NCBI GenBank assembly: GCA_002245135.1
Contig: NGBS01001174.1
Location: 1-64,000, forward strand
Origin: Proteromonas lacertae
Taxonomy: Eukaryota
DNA length: 64,000 bases
Direction of reading: 5' to 3'
Below, piece after piece: positions 49,073 to 63,284 of the stretch (position 1 is the first letter of the stretch; each line of letters begins with the position of its first letter). The notes under the pieces were generated by a model, which did no database searches, was not told the DNA's origin, and saw only the letters and a list, made by a program, of their open reading frames with translations. A program made the translations under genes and the position numbers.

Positions 49073-50460
49073 ATGTCATATAAAGACACAGATTATCCAG
49101 AAACTGTAACTCCCAAAGAATCTACTCAATGGCAAAATGTTGCAAGTAATCCAGCAGTATTGAATGCAATTATAACCGAATACAATGTGAAGCATAGTGA
49201 CAATCATTTATTTACTTTGATTAATATTATATGGCATTCACCATCTCAGAAATTAGAAATCTTACAGAAAGTGAAATTACCAAAAGAATCAGTAGAATCA
49301 AAGCTATTAAATAATGTTTGCGATGATTATGCTCTTAATTTAAGTCGTATAAATAATAAATACATAAAAAATAGATTGTCATATTGGTGATAAAGGAGTA
49401 AAATACTTGAGTAATAATTTCAGATTGTTGTTATTAATAAAGAAACTTAATTTAGAAGATAATGACATTACCAATGATGGACTACTTTATCTCAGTTACA
49501 ATATTGACTTTCTCAGTTCATTAGAATCACTTAATCTCTCTCGTATTTTTACTTTTTTCATAAATAATAATCTTTAGATAATAATTTCAATAATCCTTTT
49601 AAAGGATATATTAATGAGAGAAAAATAGCACTTAACAAAGTCATTCCATTGTTTCAAGAATGGAAAACTCTCTTGGAAGATATTTCAAATCATATAAAGT
49701 CGAAAGATACAATGGATTTATATGAAAAATTGAAAATAGAAAGTATATTCTATTTAGATTGAGTTTTATTTTAATATAGAAAAAGAAGTAGCTGAAGAAC
49801 TGATAGAAAAAGCAAATTCAGTTGTTAGTAAAATACTGCCATTCATAAAAGATTTGACAGATGAATTAAAATCAGTCGAAAGTATAAAAACAAAAGGAGA
49901 AGAAGAAATAGAATTAAGTGAATTAGTTGAAGCAACAAACACAATTACCAATATTTATAAGAATATTAGTGAAGAATGTATCTCTATTTAATAGTATTAT
50001 ATTATATATTTCTTTAGATGATGTTGTTTCAAGAGAAATTGAAGAATACAGCAACTTACAGTCATTAGCATTAGAAGAGAATATGTGTATATATTTATAT
50101 TGGTTGTTAATTATTAAATATAGCAACTAATGAAATTCCTGATTTATTATACCCTAATACATCTAAAACTCAATATTACTCAAGCCAAACATTCTTATTA
50201 TTGAGAAATATTGTTGATGGATTTGGATTGTTACAATCTGTTTGTTGTAATAACCAAATTGATGATAAGAATGACCAGTCAAATAATGGATTGTTCAAAT
50301 TGTTTAATAGTTTATCTCTATTGTCAGAGATGAAGATATTAAACCTTAGTAGTATAATATATTTATTTAATAATGTCTAATTATAGATAATGACATTAAT
50401 GAAGATGATTTAAACACATATCGTGAAAAGATTTCGCATATAAAAACAATTATATTATAA
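49073..50460 (+). CDS. LRR protein, multi-exon
   Basis: LNLEDNDIT, LNLS repeats with short introns. Confidence 0.6.
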
Positions 50461-50550
50461 AACATATTTGTAATTCACTTTATGTTTTTAAATTGTAATT
50501 TTTTGTAGGTAAAAAAATAATTCACTTTCTCACTTTTCTTTATTGTTAAA

Positions 50551-52290
50551 TTAAAAAATTACACAAACTTTTGATTTATGTTGTTGTTCCTCTCTTATCC
50601 ATTTTTCACAACCATATGTTATTATTCCGTTGCAAATTTCATTCATATCACACAATATTTGGGAAATGGGATACTTAAAGCTTAATGCTTTTAAACCATC
50701 TTCATTAATATGTTTGTTACCAAATATACTTATTCCAATAAAACCTCTTATATGATGTATTTCTTTAGCCAATAATAACATTGACTTATTATTTAACTCC
50801 ATCCCACAAAGATTCAAGTTATTATATTTGTCAATTAATAAATGTAAATATGGAAGCAATAGTTTGAATCCTTGTGGACCAATTGGATTATCTATATATA
50901 TATATATATATTATAAGAACAGAATAATATATACATGCTAAACCGACAAACTTCAATTCCATTAATGGAATTGATTTAACAAACGACTAAATGAAGCTAG
51001 AAGTAAGATTACATTTTGATAAATATAAATATTGTAGAGATGACAATTGAGAAAATAACAACCCAAATAATGGCTGATTTTCAACTGGAATTTTTATTTC
51101 TTTATAATCACCAAAGTCTAGTTTTATGATATACATCAATTTCAATATTCTAATATAAAATCTATTCCCTCTTCACACAAGCAAAAAGAGTTTGGATGGA
51201 TTATTATAGTTTCATTATCACAATCAGTATAACAATTAAATAATATATCATCTAAATAACAATTTTCATGTTTTGTACAATTATGACAAATATGTAACTG
51301 TAGTTGCTCAAATCCTGGATGCAGTTCATCATCATGTTTATACAATTTTATTATTAATAGTATTGAAAGAATCTTCTCGTTAAACGTTTTATTATATACT
51401 TTTATCAAATCATCTCGAATATCTATGTATTATTATCAATATCTATTTTATACTTTTCCAATTATTATTATCCAAATAATAATGTGATGGATATATTATT
51501 GGAAGTTTAACTATTGCACAATCATTATTAAATAAGTTACCTTTTCTCTCATTGCAGATCATTAGATTATTATTCTCATCTCTCAACATTTCACTCATAT
51601 CTATCAATTCCTTTTTCAACTCTTTTAAACTCATTCTATTTTCAGTCTTCACCTTTAACATTCTTTTTATCATTTCTTTCATTATTTCATCACATTCTAC
51701 ACTAATATTGTATTTACATTTCAATATATTCTCTTTTGTTTTATTCATATTATTATCTTCATTAAAAGGTAATTTCTTATTTATCATTTCATAAAATATA
51801 CAGCCAGTTGACCATATTACACTTCTCTCATTACATTCCAAACCACTCAACTCTTCTGGGCTTTTGAAGCAGATATCATATATTCTATTCTCACACTCTA
51901 TTCTTAAATTATCCAAGAACAAATCACATAACTTTATATCATCTTCTCCTTCATGCACTATATTACTACTCTTCAAATTACTTAATATTAAACCATATTC
52001 ACTTAATATCATCAAAATGTTACATATATTACAAATCACACAGCATATATCATTTCTTGAAATGGATTTAGCGTGAATTGCTTTTTCTAAATCTTTTACA
52101 TAGAAATCTCTCGATATTATCATATACTCATTACTATTATTCAGCGGAATCATTTTGCTAGGGTATACAAAGGATAAGTGACATTTTGATAATAACGAGT
52201 TATTCTCACGGAATTTCAATACTTTTTTATCTATTTTTCCGTTTATATATTGATATTTTAATCATTAGTAAATCATTTTCATGTTGTACC
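50551..52290 (-). pseudogene. Divergent kinase plus LRR gene, probably inactivated
   Basis: NLKSSNI, IKLCD, SPE, IWSTGCIFYE; in-frame TAG at 50987 and no canonical donor near 51165. Confidence 0.55.
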
Positions 52291-52552
52291 ATCAAATCTA
52301 CTTCATAACAGCTCTTTTTCCTTCTTTCTATTATCTAAAACTATAATTCAACTATTATACTTGAGTTTTAGAAGGTAATATTGAGTAAACTATACTTTCA
52401 AGAAGAGAATTTAAGGAAAACAATTTTTAGAGTAAAAAAGTAACGAATATATTTTTATTTATTGAAATAAAATTAGTTGAGTGATATGAGATTATACACT
52501 TCCACATAATACATATATAAACATTTTAATTAGAATTAATAAATAAAAATCA

Positions 52553-53983
52553 CTACTTCTTTTTCAATTTATATTTTCTATCAGGATATTCCCTTGTTTC
52601 TTCAGCCCACTCTGAAAACTCATCATAATCATTAGGTATTTTCCTTTCAATCTTCTTTGTAAAATTACTTGTACTATATATAAATATACATATTTGTATA
52701 AATACAATGAATTCTTCTTATAAGATGAAAATACTGGAACTGATGTACTTTTAGTTAATCTCAATAGAGAACCATTATCACTACTTGGTCTTGTACTTAG
52801 CTTGATTTCATACACAGCACCATCAGCAATAGTTTTCTCTAAATGACCTCCATATACATAAAAACTAGTCTATTCATAATATTATAATAATAATAAGATA
52901 TATATACTGAACCATATTTACTTGTTAATGCTAATCCACATCTTCCTGTAGGAGGAGTACCATTCACTTTTCTCACATTCCATAATAAATTCTCTATTAA
53001 TTATAATAATATATATATATATATACTCAAATCTAACATATATAATGAATTTTGATAAACTTCATCTTCATTTTTACCACCAAATATAAATATTGAATCA
53101 GGATATAACGGATGGACAAATGATACTTGTTCACATATATACATACACGATCTGTTCTTAACACTAATTTTATTCCACAGCCAAGTTTTCAAATCCAATT
53201 CCCATACTTCATTACTAATACCTTTATTTTAAAAAAAGAATAACAATTAAAGAAAAATAATATATATATATATATAAGGATATTGTATTTCCACCAATTA
53301 CATACATTTTATCATTCATAATTACACTACTATGAAACTCTCTTGGCGATGGTGATATTCCACTATTAGTATGAGCTGACCAATTCAATGTATCAAGATT
53401 CAAATCCCATAAATCATTTAATAATGTATCTTCTGCTCTTAATGATTTTAAACCACATCCTCCAAATATTATCATTCTATTTCCATATACTATTTATATA
53501 TATAGATACAAGAATAAAAGATATTAATACAAACTGATGTATGATTTCTTCTTTCTGTTGGTAAAACATTATCTGGAGGAGTTCCAACTGGTACATGGTA
53601 TATATATGTATTATTTTTAATGTCATAACTATAGACATCTCCATATATCTCACGGTTGGTTGGATCTTTGTTTGTACAGAAATCTCCTCGGAATGGACCT
53701 TCACCTCCATATATCCAAAATTTATCTTGATACAGAACCATAGTATGTCCGCTTCTTGGTGGAGGCTTACTACTATCGACATTTACAGTAAACCATCTTC
53801 TTTCTTTTGTATCGTAATAAGACAGAAAATTTGTTCTTCCCATTGTGGAAATACCTCCAAATATCCATATTTTATCATCATAATAAGACATTGTAACAAA
53901 TTCTCTATTATTTGGTATGACGGAAGAAGTTTCAAATGGCATTTGACTATATAGATGATAATAACTGTAAAAAATACAACCAT
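52553..53983 (-). CDS. Kelch-repeat protein
   Basis: IWIFGG, PPPRSGHT, FWIYGG, PSPREFHS, MYVIGG. Confidence 0.85.
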
Positions 53984-54109
53984 GAATCAAAAGTATCTGA
54001 ACTCATGGAGATATAAACAAAAAACAGTTTCTAAATCAAGCTTTTGGTTTGAATTGAGAATTTTATTTTTATCATTTCACAGCTATGCAAAAGAGAGAAG
54101 GCATAAAAA

Positions 54110-55402
54110 ATGTCAACGTTGTAAACCATCAACTAGCAAGAAGACAAAGATTGAGTAATAGAATGAGTGAGAGAAGAGAAAATCTACACAAGTATAAAAA
54201 AGCATTTATAAAAAATTAAAATAGTATGCTAAGATTAGCGCATGATGATATTGCTGAAGAAGAATCTATGGAGGTTGTTGAAGAAAATACTCTTTCACCT
54301 AAACAAATGGATGAGAAAAAGCTTGAAAAACGCAAAAGTTATGCTTGCCAGTTAAATAATCCAGAATGGTTAATAGATCCACCAATGGATTTGCTTTTAG
54401 GTATATTTACTAAATTACTCTTGTTAGATTGGTATGTATTACCTCGTCCTGAAGGAATCAGATGTTTAGTAATTGCAAATCACGGGGTAACAGTTAGTAG
54501 AACCAAAAGTGGATCAGTACTTCATCGATTTAGAAGTGATTTACCAGGTGGTCATTTATTTATTCAAGGAAGAGATGCTGGTGAGGATAGATGCATATTA
54601 GACTGCATTTATTGCTATAATAACAAAGTGTATTATATATTAGATGTGTTAGAATGGAAAGAAATTTATTATTGTGAATATGAAGCTCAGTTTAGGTTTT
54701 ATTGGATAAATGCAAAGTATGATGAATTGAATTTGGGTGTTGTTAGTAAAACTAATGAATATAAATTTAGTGTATATTAATTATTCTTTATTATTATTCT
54801 TTATTATAGAAAATACCTGTATTTGATTGTGATTTAAATGGATTACAACTAGCTTATGAGAATCAATATGATTTTACAAAAGATGGATTATTATTTTACC
54901 ATAAAAAAACTGATTATCAATGTGGAAGTAGTCCATTAGTTTTAGTATGGAAAGATCCGAAGTATATAAATAAAATATTTTATTTTATTTGTTTTGAAAT
55001 AGATGTTCAATGTATTTTTTAGATACAAATGAAAAAGGAATTATTCAAGATTATATATCTGTTACTTTGGAAGTATTAGATACTGGAGATCTGACTACGT
55101 GTGATGATAATATTGTAGGTAAAATAGATCCTGAACTTGTTAGGCAGAACAATATAAAGCCAGGTGATTTAGTGAAATTCAAAATTAATGAAATGAGTAT
55201 AAACCCAGTAGATATTTTTGAATCAGCCATAACTAATATGACATTTATAAAGAAATATAATCATACTAAAATCATTCCAGATTCGTATATTCTTTGAAAT
55301 TATTATAATTATAGTTGGTCAAAGATTTTATTTCAATACAGAGCAAGAAATAACCCTGTAACTATAGATTCAATAGTAGAATCAATGAATAATGAAACAT
55401 AA
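54110..55402 (+). CDS. SNUPN: Snurportin-1
   Basis: PEWL, WYVLPRPEG.RCLV, LPGG, CILDCI, YYILDV, FRFYW, DGLLFYHK...PLVLVWKD. Confidence 0.85.
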
Positions 55403-55456
55403 TAATTTTATAATGTGTTTTTCATTTTGAATTAGCAAACTTGTTTGATTTATAAA

Positions 55457-56423
55457 ATGCAAAAATTTCAATGTAATTTAATTCGTAATGTGTCTAATAT
55501 ATCACAGAATCAAATAAAACAAGAATATATATTTGGAAAAAGAGCAGTTGAGGCTGTACTTTTTTCAAAATCTAGAAGAGTATGTTTTTGCTTATTATCA
55601 ATACAGTGTTATGAATTATACAGTACAAGGTCGTTGATTAAAAATAAAGATTATTCAAAAATATTCAATCAAGCTAAAATTCAAGGAGTGAAAGTAAAAC
55701 CCATGCAAAGATATGAAATCGATCAATTATTCGATTCTAATATGAGTACATTGTATTAATAAATATATTCTTTAATAATATGTTTTAGACATCGTGGAAT
55801 TGCTATGAAAGTATCAACAGTTTCATATTCATATCTTCCTCCTCCTTATACATTACCCGCACCTCCTCCCAAATCTACACAAACAGTCTACCTTGCATTA
55901 GATCAAATAGTAGATCCATATAATTTAGGTTCAATTATAAGAACATCATTTTATTATGGAGTAAGTGGTATTATAGTATCAGAGAAATCGCAGTCACCAC
56001 TATCTCCGCTAGTATCATCTGCTTCATGTGGAGCTATGGAGTATATGGTAGAGCAGACAAGATTATTTCAAACAAATCTTCCAGACTTTTTAAATTCCTA
56101 TTATAAGAAAGTATTTATTTAATTTCACATTATGTATTTATAGAATTGGATAATTTATAGTACTTCTTTACACACTCAACAATCTGAATATATGAAAAAT
56201 GAAGAGAAGAATAAATCAGATAAACCAAGTATTCTTGTATTGGGAAATGAAGGAAGAGGAGTATCTTATTCTGTTGCTGTATATTATAATTGCATTAATT
56301 TTTGTTTAGAAGTGTTGCAATGCAAGTTTAGTCATTGATGCTCCAATCCAAAAGAGTTCTGTTGATTCTCTAAGTGTAAATGTTGCTGCTGGTATTTTAA
56401 TTAACAAATTGTTTTGTAAATAA
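55457..56423 (+). CDS. SpoU/TrmH rRNA methyltransferase (MRM1-like)
   Basis: LDQIVDPYNLGSIIR, ASCGAME, LVLGNEGRGV, VDSLSVNVAAG. Confidence 0.85.
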
Positions 56424-56549
56424 TATAATATTTTTGTTAAATTCCGTTCTGAAACGCAGAAAAGTAACATTTTAACAAAATCTTCCTAATACAGTGTATT
56501 TTGTGTAATTAGTTGTATTATCATTTAGAATTTTCTTTTTTCTTTTTAA

Positions 56550-57092
56550 ATGGCTGAACAAGTATTATTATTTATTTATTCGTAGGATTGGAATCAAGTT
56601 GTATGGGATACAACAGAAAATAATACCAAGGGTGTTAAGAAAGAAAAGATTTTAAATTCTGCACGTCAAAAGGGTGTAACTATCGTAGCAGAACAGAAAT
56701 GTATAAGCAATGATTTTTAATATCATATCATATAGATTTTGCAGGCCAAAACAAAAGTGCTCACACTAATACTGGAAAGAACCTTAAATCAATAGCTGAT
56801 GATACAGAAAATCTGAGAAATGAAACAGTATAATTATATCTGTAATATAAAAATGATAATAGGTGACATTAACATTTCGTCAAAGACTAATGAAAGCCCG
56901 TCAAGCGAAAGGTATGACGCAAAAGGATTTAGCAATTGTATAATATGTGTTTATATATTCAAATAGGCAATTGCAGAAAAACAGGGTGTTATAAACGAAT
57001 ATGAATCCGGAAAGGCAATTCCCAACCCTAATATTATCAATAAAATGGAGAAAGTCTTAGGATGCAGGTTAAGAGATCCTAAGAAGAAGTAG
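56550..57092 (+). CDS. MBF1: Multiprotein bridging factor 1
   Basis: QDWNQV, ARQAKGMTQKDLA, INEYESGKAIPN; four short introns. Confidence 0.9.
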
Positions 57093-57323
57093 ATTTTCAA
57101 ATTTTTGATTTAATTAATTAGTAATTGTGAATTATTTTATTGTATTTGTTTTATTTACAACTAAAAAATATTCTGATATTGAAATATGATTTAAAATATG
57201 TAATACAGCCCATCTGTTTGGTTTTTTATTCACTTTTAAAACAAAACAGTTACAACCTCTTTATCTTGCATTTAATTTTATCAGTAGATCATTTATCTTT
57301 TAAATATTATTTGCATACTATAA

Positions 57324-60300
57324 ATGGCAGAAATACAGGTTGATATGTATGGTTTGTGTAATTATTATTGAAATTTAGAAGAAATGATATTGCTGAGAAG
57401 TTCAAATTAACTAAGTCATTAGGCAAAGGAGGATATGCTGAAGTTTTTCTTGGAGTAAGCAGTGCTACAGGTATTTAGAATTGAATTAACTTTGTGTAGG
57501 TGAACATGTTGCAATTAAGAAGATTGTCAAAGATAAAGTAGATAGAGATATTGTTCTCTATGAAGCTAACATTTTAGCATCAGTATGACTTTTTTTATTT
57601 TGAAATATCTATAGTTACATCATCCAAATATCATGTCCTACTATGGATTTTATGAAAATGGCGAATATTACTATTTAGTGACAGAATTGATGAAAGGAGG
57701 TGAATTATTTGACAGAATCATACAAAGAGAAGTATACAGTGATTTAATTTAATGATATCATAGTATTATTCTGAAGGAGATGCAAAGAAGGTAATAACCT
57801 TAATATTGCAAGTTTTACAATATTTACATTCAAATCATGTTATTCATCGAGATTTAAAACCAGAAAATATATCCTTTTAGTCTATATATAGTATATAATT
57901 TGTAGTTTTTTTAATATCGTGAGTTATACATTTTATTAAAGAATCATGATGATGAAAGTAGTTTAACACTCTCAGATTTTGGATTTGCAGTAAGAATAAA
58001 AGAGAATCAAAAACTAACAGACAGATGTGGTACACCTGAATATGTAGCGCCAGAAATATTAGAAGAAAAAGAATATGATTATGATGTGGATATGTGGTCA
58101 TTCGGTGTTATTTGTTATATATTATTATGTGGATATCCACCCTTTGGAGGTGGTAGTGATAATGATGGGAATAAGAGATTGTTTTATGCAATAAGACATG
58201 GTATATATGAATTTGATAGTCCTTTTTGGGATAAAGTGAGTGAAAATGCTAAGGATTTTATCAGAAAGTTGTTGAATATTAAAGGAACAGAGAGAATGAA
58301 AGCTGATGAAGCATTATTACATCCTTTTATTACAGATGAAGCTAATAACATTCAATTGAATGATAATCTAAAAGCATTCAAGAGATATATTGCTAGAAGA
58401 AAATTGAAAAAAGTATATGTATATATATATTCTTTCAGACATTTAATACTGTAAGAGCAGTTATTAAATCAAAGATATTAATGGCTGCTGCACTTCAAAG
58501 AGGCAGATCCAATTCCTCTGTAGATGATTCAACTTCCTCATCTCCAATGCCTATCACTCCCCTATCTTCCTCTTCATCATCACCATCATCAGCAAAACCA
58601 CAACAAAAGCTACAACAACATAGTGAAATATACTCAAAACAGAATGAATCAACAATAACAACAACAAGTGATAAAGTATATTCACATTTAAATAGAATAA
58701 GTAATAACGATAATAATAATAATAATAATGAAAAATCACAGTCTTTATCAACTACTCCAAAGAACCAAGCAGATTCTTATAGAACATTACCAAAGAAAAC
58801 AGTTAAGAAACAAACAAAAACATTAACAACTAATGAAGTAAAAAGGCCACTTCCTTTGACAAGTGTTTCAACATCAAATTTTTCATCACCCAAATCTTCG
58901 CCATATCAATTCACAGCCTATAGAAAGAAGTATGATTCTAATGATTCAGTAACAAATATTTCATCAAAAGATTCAAACTCAAAAGTAATGAAGACTGCAT
59001 TTAGATTAAGAAGTTATACAACTGATAATCCAACACCTCCTCCTGTATTACAGTCAAATTCATCATCCTTAAACACTACTCCATCTTATAATATACCAAA
59101 GTTTACATCGCCAACAATAAAGACAGGAATAATAGCAACACCACCAACTGCATATAGAAGTTTATATTCATCTTCATCTAATTCAACAACTCCAAATTCA
59201 ACACCAAAAATGTCTATTAGTAGGAATAGGATAAGAGGATTTAAGAAAGCAAGTAATAGTGATATATCTTCACCATATTCGTCAATGTATGATATTCATA
59301 TTTATTTATTTTTACATAGGAAAGAAAGTATTAAGAAACTGTTAAAATCAGATTTTAAGTTACTTGAAAAGTTATGGGATCATTCTAATTATGATGCATT
59401 CAAAAGTGTAAATCAGAATAATAATGAGATTTATTATATTGAAAGAACACTAAGATTTCCAAATTTGTTAAATAATGTGTTGAAGACAATATATTATTTA
59501 TCGCATGTATAAATTATTCTTTATTATTTGCATAAAATAGTTGAATCATAAAGGAATCAGCAAATATGAATGTTGTTTAGAAGATACAAGTTATTATTAT
59601 ATTGTAAGTGAATCTATAGATTGTGAATTGAACAGTTATTTTATAAAAAGTCAAGTTTCTGAAAATACAATTAGAATGATTTTAAAGAGTATATTAGAGA
59701 TAGTAGAGTACATTCATGACAAGGATTTGATATATAGAACATTGTGCTTAGAAAATATATCATTTTATTTATTCATATTTATCTTGATTTCTTTAATCTC
59801 ATAGTTTTACTTATATCTACATAATAAAAATGATCCATCAACTATAAAGATAAACAATTTCACTTTCACTCATCCGAAAGAGGAAATGATTTATTTATCA
59901 GATTCAAGTACATTATCAAGTTCATCTTATTTGCAATATACAAGTCCAGAGATATTAGAACAGAAAGAATACAATAATAAAGTTGATGTTTGGTCTTTAG
60001 GTGTTATTGCATTTACTTTATTATGTGGTTATAATCCTTTTAAGAATGGAAAAGATGGCAATAAAGAACTGTTTTATTCTATAAGACATGGTGTGTATAG
60101 TTGTGAAGGCAGTAATTGGGATAGAATAAGTGAAAATGGAAAGAGATTTGTGAAACATTTACTTGTTGTAGATCCAAATAGAAGATATTCTGTTTCTAAT
60201 GCTTTGAAAGATGAGTTTATATTAAATGAAGGTAATAAATTGCCATTGAAAATGGATATTAAAAAAGAGAAGGAAGTTAATCAATTTCCTAAATCTTCAA

Positions 60301-60386
60301 GCTATTCAAAACCAACAACAAGTAACACTACAAACACTAGTAAATCGTTAAGTGTTTTAGATATAATATCATCGTTAAAACGCTGA
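57324..60386 (+). CDS. CAMK-family kinase with Ser-rich linker and second degenerate kinase domain
   Basis: LGKGGYAEV, VAIK, HRDLKPEN, DFG, CGTPEYVAPE; second domain has YRTLCLEN, NNF, SPE. Confidence 0.85.
57869..57929 (+). other. U12-type AT-AC intron
   Basis: ATATCCTTT...TTTTTAAT...ATAC; splicing gives KPEN|ILLK...SDFG. Confidence 0.9.
59757..59810 (+). other. U12-type AT-AC intron
   Basis: ATATCATTT...TTCTTTAAT...TTAC; splicing gives LEN|LYL in frame with ORF 59886. Confidence 0.8.
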
Positions 60387-60489
60387 TTATTTGTGTTATT
60401 TTTTTTGGATGTAAAATTTACATTTTCTGTAATTTACAATCATTTACTGTAATTTTGGTAATTTCATTGTAATTTCAATAATTTTCGAA

Positions 60490-62676
60490 ATGAAAGTCAT
60501 TAATGAAAGTATTACTGAGATCGGGTATAAATCATATTATTTATACTTAATGTAGACTAGGCAGAGTGTTTGCTAAGGAGGGTTTTACTGATTTAAAAGT
60601 AATTGTTGGGGGTGAAGAAATAATGTGTGCAAAGGCTGTATTAATGAGTGAAAATGACACATTTAGAAGAATACTAGAGGATGATAAATTCCAGGGTGAT
60701 TTAGAAATATTTGAAGAATGTAGCATTGGTGGATTTTTAGAATTAGAAAAATTCTATAGCGGGAGTTATATTGATATAAACGTCAACAATGTAATTGATA
60801 TAATGTCTATTTGCTTATATTATGATGAGAAAAGAATTATTCCATTTGTTTTGAAATTCATCTATAATCACCTGAATGATGAATTAATGATTAAGATTCT
60901 TGATGTAATTCATTTATTGTCTAACAAAAATTTAGTTGAGATAAAGGATTTTACTGCAAATTATCTATTACATAATGGATATAGAATGATAAGAAATGGT
61001 ATTTACAATTTATACTAATTATCATTTTTATAGACAATTATCTCTTTCAAATGAAAATTGAAGATTTGTATTTGATTTTAACAACACCAAAATTATTGAT
61101 TGAAAATGAAAATTGGTTACTAGAGCTACTATACAAGTGGTATTGTTGTAAGGTTGATGATCTTAATGATGAGGATGAAAAGAAGAAATTGGAGATAGAG
61201 TTTACTAAATTGTTACAGGAAACAATCTTATTCAAGAAGATAAATGGTGAAAAATTGTCACAAAATACAAAGAAATTTATTCAAGATAAAGCTGAAGAGA
61301 TGAATATAAACAAATGTTTATATGATTGTTCAAATGTTAGTAATGAACATGTTGCTGTTGATTTAAGTATGATTGAAGATATAGATCTTCAGAAAATGAT
61401 ATTAAAGTATTACATTGACGATGATGATAATAAGTTAGAATATATTGATATCGAAGATATAATTGTGTTACAGAAACATGATTTGAAAGATGCATTGATC
61501 AAATTGATCAACACTAAATACACAAAATTAGCAATCATTTGTATGTTGATGATTATAGATTGTGGAGGTGAAATTGATCGTATAAATATTTATATATATA
61601 TATAATAATATAATGATTATATAGTAAGTGAAACACCGCAATTGTTAGGAAACTTATGTAATGAATATAGAAAGAATCCTTCTCATTTGTATATCAAATG
61701 CATTAGTTATTATATGAAATGTAAAGAGTATGTTGGAATAGTCAAGACATTATGCAGTTATAAGGTGTTACTGCAATCATTAAAATTCAGCTATTTACTT
61801 GCTGATGATTCACTAGAAACAGTAGCATCTATCTTAAGAGAAATTAAATTGTCAGAAAATGAAGAAAACGATTTGATTGAAATAATTAAATATGATGATA
61901 GAGTAAAGAAATACATCAAAGAAGTTTCAATATATACTTATCCTACTTCTAAATGTTGTTATAATGGAGCAATAAGAATAAAGCCTACTTTTAAAGGAGA
62001 TTATTGTAAATTCTCACTTACTCCAAATAACAACTTAATCCAGATTAATGAAGAGAATGGTGAAATTTATAGTGTAATTAAAGATCATGATAAGATAGAA
62101 GAAAGAAAGGAATATAGTAACTATACATTAAAATGCTCCAATATGATTAACAGTAAATCGTATAGCTTGGATATGAAATATAAAGCAATATCATTTTCAA
62201 ATGAAGATTGCAATGAAAACGTTACTATTAGTGATAATGGAATGACTATTACTTCAACAGAATTTAAACTTGATAAATCATATAGCTGCTATTTAAATAA
62301 GAAAATACACAAAAATAAATATTATATAAGATTTAAATGCAATAGAAAAGGGTGTTTTGTGTTTGGATTGTCAACAGAAAGGAATGATGAAGGAAAAAAG
62401 TTTAAATACATAGTTGACAAGAATATAAATGGTAGAATTGATAGTGACATAGGTAAAGTTGTTAATATCAGTCCGAACTTCTCATTTAATAACGAAAGTG
62501 ATTGTTATGAAGCTATCATTGATATGAAGAATATGCAATTGTTGATGAGTCAAAATGATTCAGATCCTGTGCTTCTTGTGAAAGAATTACCTCCATTATT
62601 GCATTTATTCTTTGATTTACGTGAAAATGGAATTTCAGTTGAATTATTGTCTGTAGCTATATTCAAGGAAAATTAA
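60490..62676 (+). CDS. BTB/POZ protein with C-terminal SPRY-like region
   Basis: FTDLKVIVG...AKAVL..END.F, FYSG..I..NNV; three introns. Confidence 0.7.
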
Positions 62677-62866
62677 AGTGCTATAAGAACAGCCAATGAA
62701 CTGAATTATTTTGTTATTTTATTAATGTAGGCTTGATTCTTTTTATCAAGCTATCACTTTTAATACAATAACTAATCACTAAATGATTATTTTTAAATCA
62801 TTTTACTATTGTTGTTTATTTTGTTTTTAGCTATTAAGCCATTTACTAAAAAAAAACTAAACCAAG

Positions 62867-63265
62867 ATGAGAATGTGGAGTTTTGATCCAAAATACTTGG
62901 ATACGAAAGGATTTGTTGCAGAATGGAGAGAATCGTTGTTAGCTAGAGCAGTGTTGGAAGGTAAAACAAAAGGATATACAAAACATCCTCAGTTAAACAG
63001 ATTCAGGCAAGCTAAAGATCCAGTAAGCTTTATTAACAATTATCTCAAATATGTTTATTTGGAAAGTAAAAAAAGAAACTTTAATTTTGATGAATCTAAA
63101 CTAGTGGAAGCCACCACCATAGAGACTGTAAAAATAGATAAAAATGATCTTAAAGAAGAATGGAAAGTGTATTTAAACAAAATTCGTATAAGAGCTCCTG
63201 AATTATATAAAAAGTACAAAAATATAAAGAATCCAAAGTTACATCCATGTTTTAGAACAAATTAA
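62867..63265 (+). CDS. Pyrimidine dimer DNA glycosylase/T4 endonuclease V-family protein
   Basis: MRMWSFDPKYLD.KG.VA.WRE.LLA..VL.G.TKGY.KHPQL.RF; intronless. Confidence 0.8.
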   Translation: MRMWSFDPKYLDTKGFVAEWRESLLARAVLEGKTKGYTKHPQLNRFRQAKDPVSFINNYLKYVYLESKKRNFNFDESKLVEATTIETVKIDKNDLKEEWKVYLNKIRIRAPELYKKYKNIKNPKLHPCFRTN

Positions 63266-63284
63266 TATACTAATTATCAAGTTA

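Noticed and set aside
4313..54158. Many short antisense or overlapping ORFs in the track (e.g. 4313, 7253, 33834, 43698, 47911, 51552, 53595)
   Set aside because: Shadows of better-supported genes on the other strand or frame.
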